Source: Octopus sinensis (lineage: Eukaryota). From it: a stretch of DNA of 64,000 bases. Below, piece after piece: positions 1 to 11,849 of this stretch. The notes below the pieces were generated by a model. The model did no database searches, was not told where the DNA came from, and saw only the letters and a program-made list of their open reading frames with translations. Location of the stretch: positions 74,462,001-74,526,000 of the forward strand of contig NC_043001.1 in NCBI RefSeq assembly GCF_006345805.1, read 5' to 3'. Every line of letters begins with the position of its first letter. Position 1 is the first letter of the stretch. Made by a program: the position numbers and the translations under genes.

Positions 1-45
1 CATAGGGCTATTGTCCTAGTTTGTGTTAACAGAAATATATGAAAT

Positions 46-262
46 AAGGTAGTGAGCTGGCAGAAATGTTAGCACACTGGACAAAATGCTTAGCGGTATT
101 TCATCTGCTGTTACATTCTGAGTTCAAATTCCGCTGAGGTCAACTTTGCCTTTCATCCCTTCAGGGTCGATAAATTGAGTACCAGTTACACACTGGAGTT
201 GATGTAATCAACTTAATCCCTTTGTCTGTCCTTATTTGTCCCCTTGTGGGCAATAAAAAATA
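46..262 (+). mobile_element. tRNA-derived SINE, family A
   Basis: gagctggcagaa...gagttcaaattccgctgaggtc (B-box-like). A near-complete homolog lies at 34506-34738; partial copies near 2260-2690, 43460-43640, 49310-49830, 51480-51890 and 60790-61130. Confidence 0.8.
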
Positions 263-602
263 AAAAATATGAGTTAGTTGTCATATTGGGCCTTAGGTAT
301 TACCAAATAGGTCTTGTGAGTTATTAAAGTGTGTTTTATCAACAAGGGTTTTGTGTATGTTGTCAAAACAAATCTTAGGTATTGTCAAAATTGATCTCAT
401 ATGTTATCAAAATATTTTTAGTCAAAGTGGGGCTTGTGTATTTCAAAACAAATCTTGTCAGAGAGTACTTTGTTAAAATGTATTTTGTCAAAATGGGCTT
501 TGTATGTTGTCAAAACTAATTTTGTGTATTGTCAAAATGAACATTGGGTCAAATGGTGTGTTGTCAAAATAGGTAGTTTTCTGGCTAAAAATATTTTTTT
601 AA

Positions 603-821
603 CCCTTTAGCATTGAAATTGGTCATACCTGGCTTAAATATTCTGCCTGTTTTATCTTCAAACTGGCCAGATCTAGCCTCTCACATCTACTCTATGATAC
701 CATTCTAAAGCTAAATGATCTCATCATTGAAATCTCAAAGCTGTAAGATAATGCAAGATTAATTCAAAACAATGTGAATAAATAAGCATTACATTTGACA
801 GAGTAATCTTAATACTAAGGG
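603..821. mobile_element. TTAA-flanked CCC...GGG MITE (piggyBac-like ends)
   Basis: TTAA|CCCTTTAG...CTAAGGG|TTAA; a reverse-orientation homolog lies at 50581-50785. Confidence 0.7.
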
Positions 822-867
822 TTAATATTTCTTTATGATATTAGAAATAATTTTTCTTCTTTTAAAG

Positions 868-975
868 CTTGCCGAGAAGGTCAGTTTCGCTGTAACAGTG
901 GACAGTGTGTCCTTTCAACTGATCGATGTAATGGACTACAGAACTGCCTTGACCAATCAGATGAAATGAATTGCG
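868..975 (+). CDS. Mosaic serine protease gene, exon 1 in window: LDL-receptor class A repeat
   Basis: tttaaAG|ct...tgc g|GTttgt; phase 1-1, 108 nt; (A)[35 protein letters not shown], with 6 Cys and the DxSDE motif. Begins at an acceptor, so the gene starts upstream of the window. Confidence 0.9.
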
Positions 976-1124
976 GTTTGTCTCTTTTTGTTGTTATTGT
1001 TTCCCTTTTTATATTTTTATTATTTTTTTTCCCTACTGCCCCTGTAAAATAGGGGTCACATCTATTAATATCACCTGAAATTATAAACTCTCACCAAACA
1101 TATGAACCATAAATATGCATGTGT

Positions 1125-1281
<157 letters not shown>

Positions 1282-1738
1282 ACTTTGTGTATGTGTGTGA
1301 GAGATTATTTTAGGATTAAAAATAACAATTAGATGACAATTAGAGATTATTTTTACCATGGTAATTTAGGCAAAGGGACTAAAGTGTAATTATCACACCT
1401 CTTTCTCATTAGTCCCCCAACACCTGTATAAGTATTTTTGTCTCACTGCCCCCACCACTACCACATTATTGACTACAACTTTTGGTTTAATAATTCTCTT
1501 ATTTCATCATTTTTGCGAATATTTTGTTACTATTGTTGTTGTTACTCTTGTTAGTGCTGCAGCTTCTATTTTTGTCGTTGCTGCTGCTAATGTTGTTAAT
1601 AATGTTGCTAATGCTGCTGCAGCTGATAATGTTGTTAATGTGGTTGTTGCTAATGTTACTGTCAACTATATCTTCTATAATACATGTGTTCTAAAATTGT
1701 GTTAATGTTGTTGCCCCTTCTAGTATTTATATCTTTCA

Positions 1739-1770
<32 letters not shown>

Positions 1771-3109
1771 GTACATTTATGCTGCCGAGTGTAACAACTA
1801 GTTGTATTTGATGTTCCCTGTTGTCGTGGGCTACTACAATGGAGTCAATAAAGTTTGAGTGGTGCTTCTTAAGTCTGTTTCAAATAAGGTTTCCAGGTGA
1901 ATGATGTAGGCTCTTTTTGCAGTTGTGCATCTACAAGAGGAAAATGATGGAAGGATGTGAATGTAATATCATAAATGTATGTATGTTCTTGAATTTCCTC
2001 ATTTTGGATATGTTTCTGCAATGATATTTGTTGCTGAAGCCATCATGTATTCTTTCTTAGATGTATGAGTAATAGCAGCTGTGGCAGTAGTGGTTGTGGT
2101 GGTTATAGCAGTGGTACTGTTAAGGGATGAGGGTTGTAATGGTGGTGGTGGTGATTGTGTTGCTAGTAGTGTGATGATATTAGCAATGTCAGTGGTGATG
2201 GTGTTGTGAAATCAGATTGTGAGTTGCAAAAGTATAATACCCATGTTAGTAATATTGACACAAGGCCAGCAAGTTCAGCGGATGGGGTAAGTTGATTATA
2301 GTGACCCCAGTGATCAACTGGTACTTATTTTATTGACCCTCAAAAGGAGGAAAGGCAAAGTCAACCTCAGCAGAATTTGAACTCAGAACGTGAAGACAGA
2401 CAAAATGTCACTCAGCATTTTGCCCCATGTGCTAACGACTCTGCCAGCTCATTGTCTTCATACATGTTAGTAATATTAAAGGTGAATAAAGTGACAAGCT
2501 TGCATTGGACAGATGCTTAGCAGCATTTCATCTTTCTTTATGTTCTGAGTTCAAATTCCACTGAGGTCGACTTTGCCTTATATCTTTTGGGGGTCAATAA
2601 AACCAATACCAGTTTAACACTGGGGTTTGATGTAATCAACTTAGCCCCTTCCTTGAATTTGCTGGCCTTGTGCCGAAATTTGAAACTGATATTAAAGGTT
2701 AATCTTTCTCAATAAGGAAGAATGTTCATTGGATGGTAAAGCATCTGTCTGTTGGGATTTTTCTGTTTTAGATTTTTAGAATTACCAAATTTCTGCTGTC
2801 CAGTTATTTGATTCAACTAAGCTGTTATAGATACTGACCTCTACTCTTCAGACAAATAAATAAATAAAATAGTTCATTTTCAATGGTGGAACTTAAATTT
2901 ACATCTCTTGAAGAGTTTAAATTTACAATTCTCACTGGTAACAACAAAGCTCCTGACATGGATGGAAAAATTTGAAAGATTGCTTTGGTACAATAGTAGA
3001 ACATTTGTGATGCTTACAGATGTCAGTTTGAGTCCCACAAGTAGCCTTAGGCATTTTCTATCCAAAAAGATTTTTAACCCCATATTTACTCACTAGTATT
3101 TATAGCTTT

Positions 3110-3421
3110 GTGTGGAGGCACATGGCCTAGTGGTTAGAGCAGCGGACTCACAGTCGAGGGATCATGGGTTTGAATCTGAGACCGGGCGATGTGTGTGTTT
3201 ATGAGCGAAACACCTAAGCTCCACGTGGCCCCAGAAGAAGGTAATGGTTAACTTCTGCTGACTCTTTCGCCACAACTTTCTCTCACTCTTTCCTCCTGCA
3301 TCTTGCAGCTCACCTGAGATGGACTGGTGTCCTGTCCAGGTGGGGAACTTATACTCCAAGGAAACAGGGAATCAAGGAAACTGGCCCTTATGAGCCAGGC
3401 ATGGCTTGAGAAGGAACAAAC
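3110..3421 (+). mobile_element. tRNA-derived SINE, family B, with 12-bp TSD
   Basis: A-box TGGCCTAGTGG and B-box-like GGTTTGAATC; TSD ATTTATAGCTTT at 3098-3109 and 3422-3433. Related copies at ~11037-11400, ~21667-21910 and ~60060-60198 (-). Confidence 0.85.
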
Positions 3422-3814
3422 ATTTATAGCTTTATCTACTTTGAATTCCACAATTAAAAAAGAATTGTTTCACATTTTTCAAAGTTTCTAATTTCTTATG
3501 ATGCCAGCCAAAACAAAAAAAAAAGATTAAAAATGAAAACCCTTTTATGTTCCTTAAAAATAAAAAAAAAAATAAAACCAAGCTCTTAAAAATTTTGAAC
3601 ATGTGGTTTGCTTCTAGTGATTTTTAGGGCAGAGAATCTCTTTTAGGTTAAATTAGTTAAGGAAATTACATCAAAAAGTGAAGAGCATACAAATAAAATA
3701 TTTTATTTTCTTTCTACATAAAATAAAGTTTTCAAAGTTTTTACTCTTAAAAATGCTTTATTTTATTGGCAAATTCTTCCTTTGGTAAAATGAAGCATTT
3801 TTTCTTATTTTTAG

Positions 3815-3919
3815 ATTGCAAAGGGTTCCAATGCGATTCAGGACTGTGTCTCTGGGGTCCACATTATCGATGTAATGAAATTGTGGATTGCAAAGATCTT
3901 TCTGATGAAATGAATTGCC
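3815..3919 (+). CDS. Protease gene exon 2: LDLa repeat
   Basis: ttttAG|at...tgc c|GTaagt; 105 nt, phase 1-1; DCKGFQCDSGLCLWGPHYRCNEIVDCKDLSDEMNC. Confidence 0.92.
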
Positions 3920-4437
3920 GTAAGTATTCTTTTGTTTTAAACATTTTTTTTCTTAAATTCTGTGTAGAAGTGTTCCAAGATATTCCTGATACATTATTGG
4001 GTTTCTCTCTTTCTCCCTCTCTCTCTCTCTCTCGCTCCCTTCCTTCCCCTTTTCTCTTCCCCTCTCTCTCTCTCTTTCTCTTCCTCTCTCTTCTCTCACT
4101 CCCTTTCTCTCATCTCCTTCTTTTCCTCTCTCTCTTCTTACCCTCCCCTCTCTGACCTATTCCTCTCTTTCCACAGTCCTTCTCATCAATCTCTCCTTAC
4201 TCTCACTCCATACCCCACTCCTCTCTCCTCACTTCTTCCTTTCCCCTTTCTTATTCCCTCTCTCCCTCAGCCATTAAACATTATCAGTGTGTTAACTGTT
4301 ACACATTACCAATATCTTGACCACCAGGCAAGACATTGGCAGTCATACTCTACACTGTATATTTACAAGAGGACATATTTCATGTGCTCCTAATTTTCTT
4401 CTTTGATAAGAGAATATATTTCTCATCGTTGTTACAG

Positions 4438-4545
4438 ATCAGAAACCCCGTCACCGACGCTGTCGGAATGGCATACAAGTCAAGTTATCTCAATGGTGCG
4501 ATGGTCAAGATAATTGTTTTGACAATAGTGATGAAGAAAACTGCC
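4438..4545 (+). CDS. Protease gene exon 3: atypical 4-Cys LDLa repeat
   Basis: gttacAG|at...tgc c|GTatgt; 108 nt, phase 1-1; HQKPRHRRCRNGIQVKLSQWCDGQDNCFDNSDEENC. Confidence 0.88.
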
Positions 4546-5468
4546 GTATGTATAAATTTTCTCCTCAGTCCCCAACAACTACACAGTGTCTTTAGATTTT
4601 ATTCTTCCTTTACCATTTGTCTGATTAGTTCATCATCATCATCGTCATTTAAATAGTCCCTTTTCCATGCATACACAGATCAGATGGAGTTTATTGAGGC
4701 AGATTTTCTATGACAAGATGCCCTTCCAGTCACCCTTTAAAAATCCAGGCCATCAGAGAGCACAACAATTTGGGTATAGCCTGTGGATTCCTCTGGAATC
4801 TGGCCCAAATGCTTACAATAGAGTGGGATCTAACAAAGGTATCCAAAATGTTGACTGGTAGTGTTAAATTGGATGACAGGTCAAGTCTACCACTGAAGTA
4901 GGGCATAGTGGGATTTGAACTCAAATCACAAAGAGCTGGAATGAAAACTGCAAAGCATTCAGTCTGACATTCTTTCAGCTCCACTTATCCATTGATTTGG
5001 ATTGGTACTTTTGAATTGACCCTGAAAGTGGAGAATGCAAAATTGACCATAGTGGGATTTGAACTCAGAGCACTGAATCATAATAAATATTACAAAGCAG
5101 TCTGTCTGGTACTCAAACAACACTGCCATTTCATCACATATGCACAACTGCCTGCTTATTCTTTTGGTTACATGAATAACAATTTAAGTTTTGTAAAATT
5201 AAATTATTTTTAATATAACATGAATTCTCTGAGTTGGGCTTCTAACAGTAACAGAGTATTTACTATCTTTTATTTGTTTCAGCTATTGGACTGCAACCTT
5301 GAAGGGTTTTAGTCAAACAAGTCAACCTCTCTACTTTTTTCTTTAAGTCTTGTAATTATTCCATCAGTCTCTTATACTGAATAGCTAAGTTTCAGGGATA
5401 TAAGCACATACCAGTTGTCAAGCAGTGATAGGGAACACCCAACACAAACACATACATACATACATACA

Positions 5469-5502
<34 letters not shown>

Positions 5503-5504
5503 CA

Positions 5505-5541
<37 letters not shown>

Positions 5542-7077
5542 AGCACAAGTACAATCATCACTAAAATGACTAAGGGTGCAAGTCTTCAGCAGCATTGGCA
5601 TTAGGAAGGGCATCCAGCAGTAGAAACTCTGCCAGAGCAAGATTGAAGCCTGGTGTAGCCATCTGGTTCACCAGCCCTCAGTCAAGTCGTCCAACCCATG
5701 CTAGCATGGAAAGCGGACGTTAAACGATGATGATGATGATGATGATGATATATATGATGGGCTTCTTTCAGTTTCCATGTGTCAAATCCACTCACAAGGT
5801 TTTGGTTGATTTGATGCTATAGTAGAAGACACTTGCCTAATGTGCCATGCAATGAGATTTGAACCTGGAACTGTGTGGTGGAGAGGCAAACTTCTTACCA
5901 CGCAGCAATGCTTGCACCTTCGCAAATTTACTTCTTTTTCTTTTTTAAATCTAACAAGACATAAATTTTAGATCTCTAAATCTGACAGTGTAAACATATC
6001 TGAATCATTCAATCTAAAGGTATACATAGTTTTAGTTTACAACATGAAATAGAATATGCATTTATTTATGAGTTTAGTGAAATACCTCTGGGAGAAGATA
6101 ATTGCATTGAAAATAATTAGGCCAAATAGAAAAGCCAATAGACTATTACTTAGTAGAAACAATATAGAAATATGAGGGAAGTAACCTGAATAAATGAATG
6201 GAGTGACAGACAAGTAGGACAGTCTAGTGTAATTTAATCTTTCCTCAATTTCATATTCCTTTGTGTTTAAGCTGTTGTTGACAAAGAAGTCAAACATTTG
6301 ATTTGAAATGATTTCACTGAATATTTTCCAGGTATGATTGAAGAGAAGGGACAAATGAGGCTGTGTGGTTAAGAAGCTTGTTTCCCAACTATGTAGTCTT
6401 GAGTTCAAATCCACTGTGTGCAAGTGTCTCCTTCTATAACCACAAGCCAATCAAAGCCTTGCTATTGGATTTAGTAAAGAGAAGCTGAAAGAAGCCCCTT
6501 GTGTGTTGTGTGTGCATGTTTTTACACACACTCACACATACATATACACACAAACACACACACACATACATATGTACGTATGTACGTACATAGTAGATAC
6601 ATACATACATACATACATACATACATACATACATACATACATACATACATACATACACACATGTATATATACATGTGTGGTTTCTTGTGGTAGTTTTGAA
6701 TGAATGTTACTGTCATCCAAGTGGTGTCCTTTGTTCCCAATATTCTGCGAAAACATGTCTTGTCATGGGAAATATTACCTTATTTGGTAACAAGTGAAGG
6801 TTGGAGACAGCAATGGTATTTAGCTGTAGAAAATCCACTTTAATAAATTTCATCTGATGCATACAAGAATAAAAAAGAAGTTAAATGATGCTGCTTGCAA
6901 CAGGCCTGATTCCACTACAGACATCCAGAGACCATGTGTTGTTAAACCAGGCAACAGACTGTTTACTATACAAGGACAGGGACATTTCTCATGATGAGCT
7001 TCACGTCATTTATTTATTCATTGAAGCATTTGTGTTTGCCTTATATTTATTTATCTATTTATTTATTTATATTTCAG

Positions 7078-7197
7078 ATTGTATACATAATCGGGAGATT
7101 CAGTGTGGGAATCACAATCCTTCAATTTGTATCCCTAGGACATGGGAATGTGATGGGTTCCCTGACTGCCCAAATGGCACTGATGAAATGTATTGTG
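7078..7197 (+). CDS. Protease gene exon 4: LDLa repeat
   Basis: atttcAG|at...tgt g|GTaagt; 120 nt, phase 1-1; [39 protein letters not shown]. Confidence 0.92.
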
Positions 7198-7329
7198 GTA
7201 AGTAAACACTTTAGCCTTTTAGCTTCACTGAACAACAGCAACTTTAAATACAAATATTTAGGTAAGACCTAAGTACATAATAGGTACAAGCATAGCTTGT
7301 ACCTATAATGTACCTATAATTCAGGTGAC

Positions 7330-7900
7330 TGACTGGCTTCCTGAATAGGTTATTCACATTATAGAACTCCAGTAGCTTTGTTCCCTCTTCATTTTGAGAA
7401 CCAATTCTACAGTTCCCATGTACACTATGGAAGATACCTGACTGCTGTCCAACAAATCCATTGAAATCCCCAGCCACGAAAATGAGATCATTGTCATTAG
7501 TCTTTGAGGTAATCTGCCAAAGAATTTCATAAAAGTGGCCCTTTCGATCATTTGGTAGACCTGCCCGGGTGGCATAGGCTGAGATAATTGTTGCTGTATT
7601 ATTCTGCAAAATTAGCATGAGCTTAAGTACTCTATCACACACTCTGACTACTTTTATGACCTTATCAACCCATTTCTCTTCAAGAAGTATGCCCATACCA
7701 CCTAACCTGTCACTGTTGCCTTCCCAGAAGATTTTATACCAATGTGTCTTGATCATAACGAACCTGGCTGAAGCTCCCCTCCACCTTACTTCTTGAATGC
7801 AACACATATCAACACTCCTCTGTTCAAACATCTCAACAATCTCACCAGACCTACCTTTCAATGTGCCTATATTGTCAGTACCAACTCTGAGAACCTGGAA
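7330..7900 (-). mobile_element. RTE-clade LINE fragment: AP endonuclease domain
   Basis: ORF 7244-7861: CCIQEVRW, GMGILL, IISAYA, VAGDFNG, NEEGTKLLEF. Confidence 0.85.
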
Positions 7901-8085
7901 AGGGATGTGGGAGGGAACATGGGAAGTGGGGGATAGTATTCAGCATCTGAAAAGAAGGTTTCAGTGAGTGTTTGATAGCAGATGTGTCATATCAGTTGTT
8001 CTCATTTTAATCTACCATCATTCAATCATGTTAAAATTGTTGCCTCTACTGGAAGTGAATGTAATACAAGCATTATTGATGCAAA

Positions 8086-8175
8086 TGGGTCAATGTTTCA
8101 ACTAAATAAATAAACTGGGTCAATGTTTCAACTAAATAAATAAACTGGGTCAATGTTTCAACTAAATAAATAAAC
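8086..8175. repeat. Perfect 3 x 30-bp tandem repeat
   Basis: (TGGGTCAATGTTTCAACTAAATAAATAAAC)x3. Confidence 0.97.
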
Positions 8176-8446
8176 TATTATTGGTTAATTCATTACAAGT
8201 AGAGAGAAAGGAATATAATCTCATCTACATCACTGCATCCCACTTTTGGTGCATGCAGTAATGTGGATGAGATTACCTGTGGGGGAGGAGTTATGAGAAT
8301 CTTCTGGTACTGAGGAGAGACTTCCAGTACTGGTGGTGGTGCATGGAAGGAGCCATGAAAATATTTCTGGTATAAGGGAAGAGAGCATTGTGTATATAGT
8401 GTGGCTTTGTGGCTATTAATAATAATGTTTGTTCATTGATTTGTAG

Positions 8447-8566
8447 AAAGTGCAGCATGTCGTGCTGGAGAATTCCGTTGCCATACAGGAACTGCCTGTG
8501 TCAGTTATTCTTCTCTTTGTGATGGAGTAACAGACTGCAATGATAATTCTGATGAAGAAAATTGTG
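8447..8566 (+). CDS. Protease gene exon 5: LDLa repeat (alternative in-frame acceptor at 8456)
   Basis: ttgtAG|aa (or tgcAG|ca at 8456)...tgt g|GTaagt; (ESA)ACRAGEFRCHTGTACVSYSSLCDGVTDCNDNSDEENC. Confidence 0.9.
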
Positions 8567-8588
8567 GTAAGTGACTGTATTTATGTTA

Positions 8589-8733
8589 TGTATATACCAT
8601 ATGTGTATATTCTAGTTGTGTATATACCACATGTGTATATTCCAGTTGTGTATATACCACATGTGTATATTCTAATTGTGTATATACAACATGTGTATAT
8701 TCTAGTTGTGTATATTCAATGTTGTGTATATAC
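8589..8733. repeat. 30-bp minisatellite, ~4.5 copies
   Basis: Unit ~TGTATATACCACATGTGTATATTCTAGTTG. Confidence 0.9.
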
Positions 8734-10146
8734 TAATTGGAGATATAGTGTTACACAGGTTGTGAATATAAGGTCTGATTAAAAAGTATTGGGACTGTTG
8801 CTATGGTAACATAGCTAAAGTAATCAGAGTGAAGCCACTTGACACAGATTGACCTTGAACTCTGTTGTGTATGCACACTAAGTTATAATGTCCTTGCTCA
8901 CTTCTGTTGTTTATAGCAGTTCTTAGAAGTAAAGTATGCGTTTGTCTCAAAAAGAAGATTGTGTTTCAGCTATTAAACTATGGTTGCAGAACAAACAAAT
9001 ATAAGGTCATCCACGTAACATTATATCTCGAACATTTAATCACATAATGCTTTTTCTTTCACGTAGAATATTGTTGTGTATATAAACTTGAGTATGAAGT
9101 GTGGTATATATATTAGTTCCAAATGTAATTTGTGTTTATGTATACTGTGTATAGTGTTGTGAAAGTACTAATTGCATATATAATACTGTGTACAAAATGT
9201 ATATAAACTTGCTTCTTGTGTGCATGTTACTTTGATACTATGATATTTTGATAGGTTTCAGCCAGTATTGGCACAGACCACGTCTAACTTAATAGCACCA
9301 CCTGGTGAAGTCATTCAAATCAGGAATCAGACAACATAGCACACTCGAGTAGAGAGTTATTGTTTACAGAGACATATCTGGGTGTAGGAGGTTTATCTGG
9401 GATTTCTTTAAGGAATTTGTCCAAAGATATCTAGAACTTCAGGGGTCTGTTTCTGCTTTAAAGGGTTTTGGTGTAATGTTAAAGAAAGTGGGGCCAATTG
9501 AGGTGAAATGATTGTGTTGTAGTGTTGTTATGAGATGAAAGTGTGATTTACATTGTGAGCAGATAGCACAGGGCCCAAGTCTTGGGTGATACCAACATCA
9601 GTTCAGCAATGCTGACTGAATATTTTCCACATCATGCAGATTTTATATATATATACACACATATATAAGTATGTATGTATGTATGCATGTATGCATGCAT
9701 GTGTGTATGTATGTATGTATGTATGTATGTATGTATGTATGTATGTATGTAGTTGTTCGTTAAGAAATTGTTGAACCCTCATGTCATCTAATGATGGGAG
9801 AGTTCATCATACACACACATAGAGTTGATAACCTAAACCTTGGGTTGAGTTCTGCATTGAAAATACCGTATATTTCTATCCTTCTAGAACCTTAATATAT
9901 ATAAAATGTTGTGTATCTTGATACACTTGTGCCATGTATGTATATATAATCTGTGCATGTGATATTATTTCTACAGTGTCGTATGCACACAGCATGGTGT
10001 ATAGACAGCATTGTTTATGTAATGTGCTGAATATATACATATATATATATATAATATTGTGTATATAGTATTGTGTACAAAAGAAATACATTATTATCTG
10101 TAAATACTATCTATCTTTCTTTCTTTCCATGGCCACCTCTAATTAG

Positions 10147-10285
10147 TGAAATTAATGGACCACTCTAGTGATTCTTCAAATACCAGTCATGTTTGGGTAA
10201 CTTATGAGAACAAGGGCATGTTGATTTGCTGCACAAAATGGTCTGGAAATCTTAGCAATGACCTCTGCGGTTTGCTAGGTTACAG
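10147..10285 (+). CDS. Protease gene exon 6: SRCR domain, N-terminal part
   Basis: Pyrimidine tract, then aattAG|tg...tac ag|GTgagt; phase 1-2, 139 nt; VKLMDHSSDSSNTSHVWVTYENKGMLICCTKWSGNLSNDLCGLLGY matches the SRCR pattern C..W......C..LGY. Confidence 0.82.
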
Positions 10286-10343
10286 GTGAGTTTGCATTAA
10301 TATCTATAATTCCCTTTGAGTCTGTACAGAAAATTGATTATCC

Positions 10344-10379
<36 letters not shown>

Positions 10380-10783
10380 CTCTCTCTCTCTTTCCCTCTT
10401 TCTCTCAATCATAAATTCCTGGATTTTTCACTAGCAAACACTAGTGATGTTATGCAACAATGATGTAAACAATTGAATAAACGGGATGAAATCCTAGTTT
10501 TTAGAGGCATATTGTAATTCATTTCAGTACTTTATATCAATATAGGTTGCCTGGCAGTGCTCAGACACAACACTTAAGCCACCTCTCCTGTTTTATTTTA
10601 CTCTCAGATATTTTGCGTTAAGTATTGAAATGTATATAATACCAAATGAAAATCAGACAGCAAATAATGTTTAATAATTGATGAAGATTTTGGGTATACA
10701 TGGAGGTCCAGATGTTAGTTAACTGTTACACTGCCTTAGACAAAGTAGCATTGTTGGATTACATTAATATATTTATACTTTTG

Positions 10784-10820
<37 letters not shown>

Positions 10821-10998
10821 GTTCATATAAAGGAATGTTGGTTGGTTGACTGATTTCTCTGTTCATAGTTTACAAGTGTACAAAGAGAAAGTAAAGGAGT
10901 GATGCAGAGTGAGTGAATGTGCAGAATGAATGTACATACTATGTGGGAGAGAAAGAATCATAGATACAGAGAAGGAATGTGTGTATGTGTGTGTGTGA

Positions 10999-11041
<43 letters not shown>

Positions 11042-11406
11042 GGCGCAATGGCCCAATGGTTAGGGCAGTGGACCATGGTTTCGATTCTCAGATCGGGCAT
11101 CATGAGTGTTTATTGAGCAAAAACACCTAAAGCTCCACGAGCTTTAAAATAAAATTAATATATATTAAAATAAAATAATATATATGAACATATACAATAA
11201 TGATAAAATAATACATACCAAGCAAAGCATGGTGGCGATCCCTGCTGTACTCTTTCGCCACAACTTTCTCTCACTCTTTCTTCTGTTGGCCTGCTCGCAT
11301 AGCCAGCAGGGTGGCATCATTTGAAGGTTAAAACAATGCAAAGCCCATTGTGACCAGCGATGTGTAGCAACATCTGATAGCCTGATCGGTCACAGCGATC
11401 ACCACA

Positions 11407-11440
<34 letters not shown>

Positions 11441-11849
11441 ACACCTTACTGTCTCTCAGTGCTATTCCTCCCAGTTGAGGAATGGTGTTCTGGAAGTTAT
11501 TTGGTGATCTCACACATGCTGGTGTCCTGTAAAAATCACCCTGTAAACTCTGTAAAGTGGTTGACATTAGGAAGCACATCCAGCCATAGAAACAAAGCCA
11601 AAACAAAGAGCAAAGCTTGGTGTAGTCTTCTGACATGCCTGTTTCCATGCAACCCATGCCAACATGGAAAATGGACGTTAAATGATAATGACGATGGTGA
11701 TGTATGTGGGTGCATATGTGGATGATGGGGTATAAACTGCGATCCTATGACCATGAGTCCACTGCCCTAACCACTGGGCTATTGCACCTCCACGTATATA
11801 TATATATACTTGGAATAGGATGTGTAACATTCAATCATATAATTGTATA

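Noticed and set aside
3113-3190. tRNA-like sequences with A/B boxes (also 21667, 40085-40160, 60120-60198)
   Set aside because: Heads of SINEs continuing into shared bodies and tails; no complete cloverleaf, so not called tRNA genes.
8086-8175. 30-bp repeats resembling a CRISPR array
   Set aside because: Head-to-tail with no spacers, in eukaryotic intron context.
9256-9340. Possible acceptor (ttttgatAG) between LDLa5 and SRCR
   Set aside because: All three frames hit stops before a convincing donor; the gene model closes without it.
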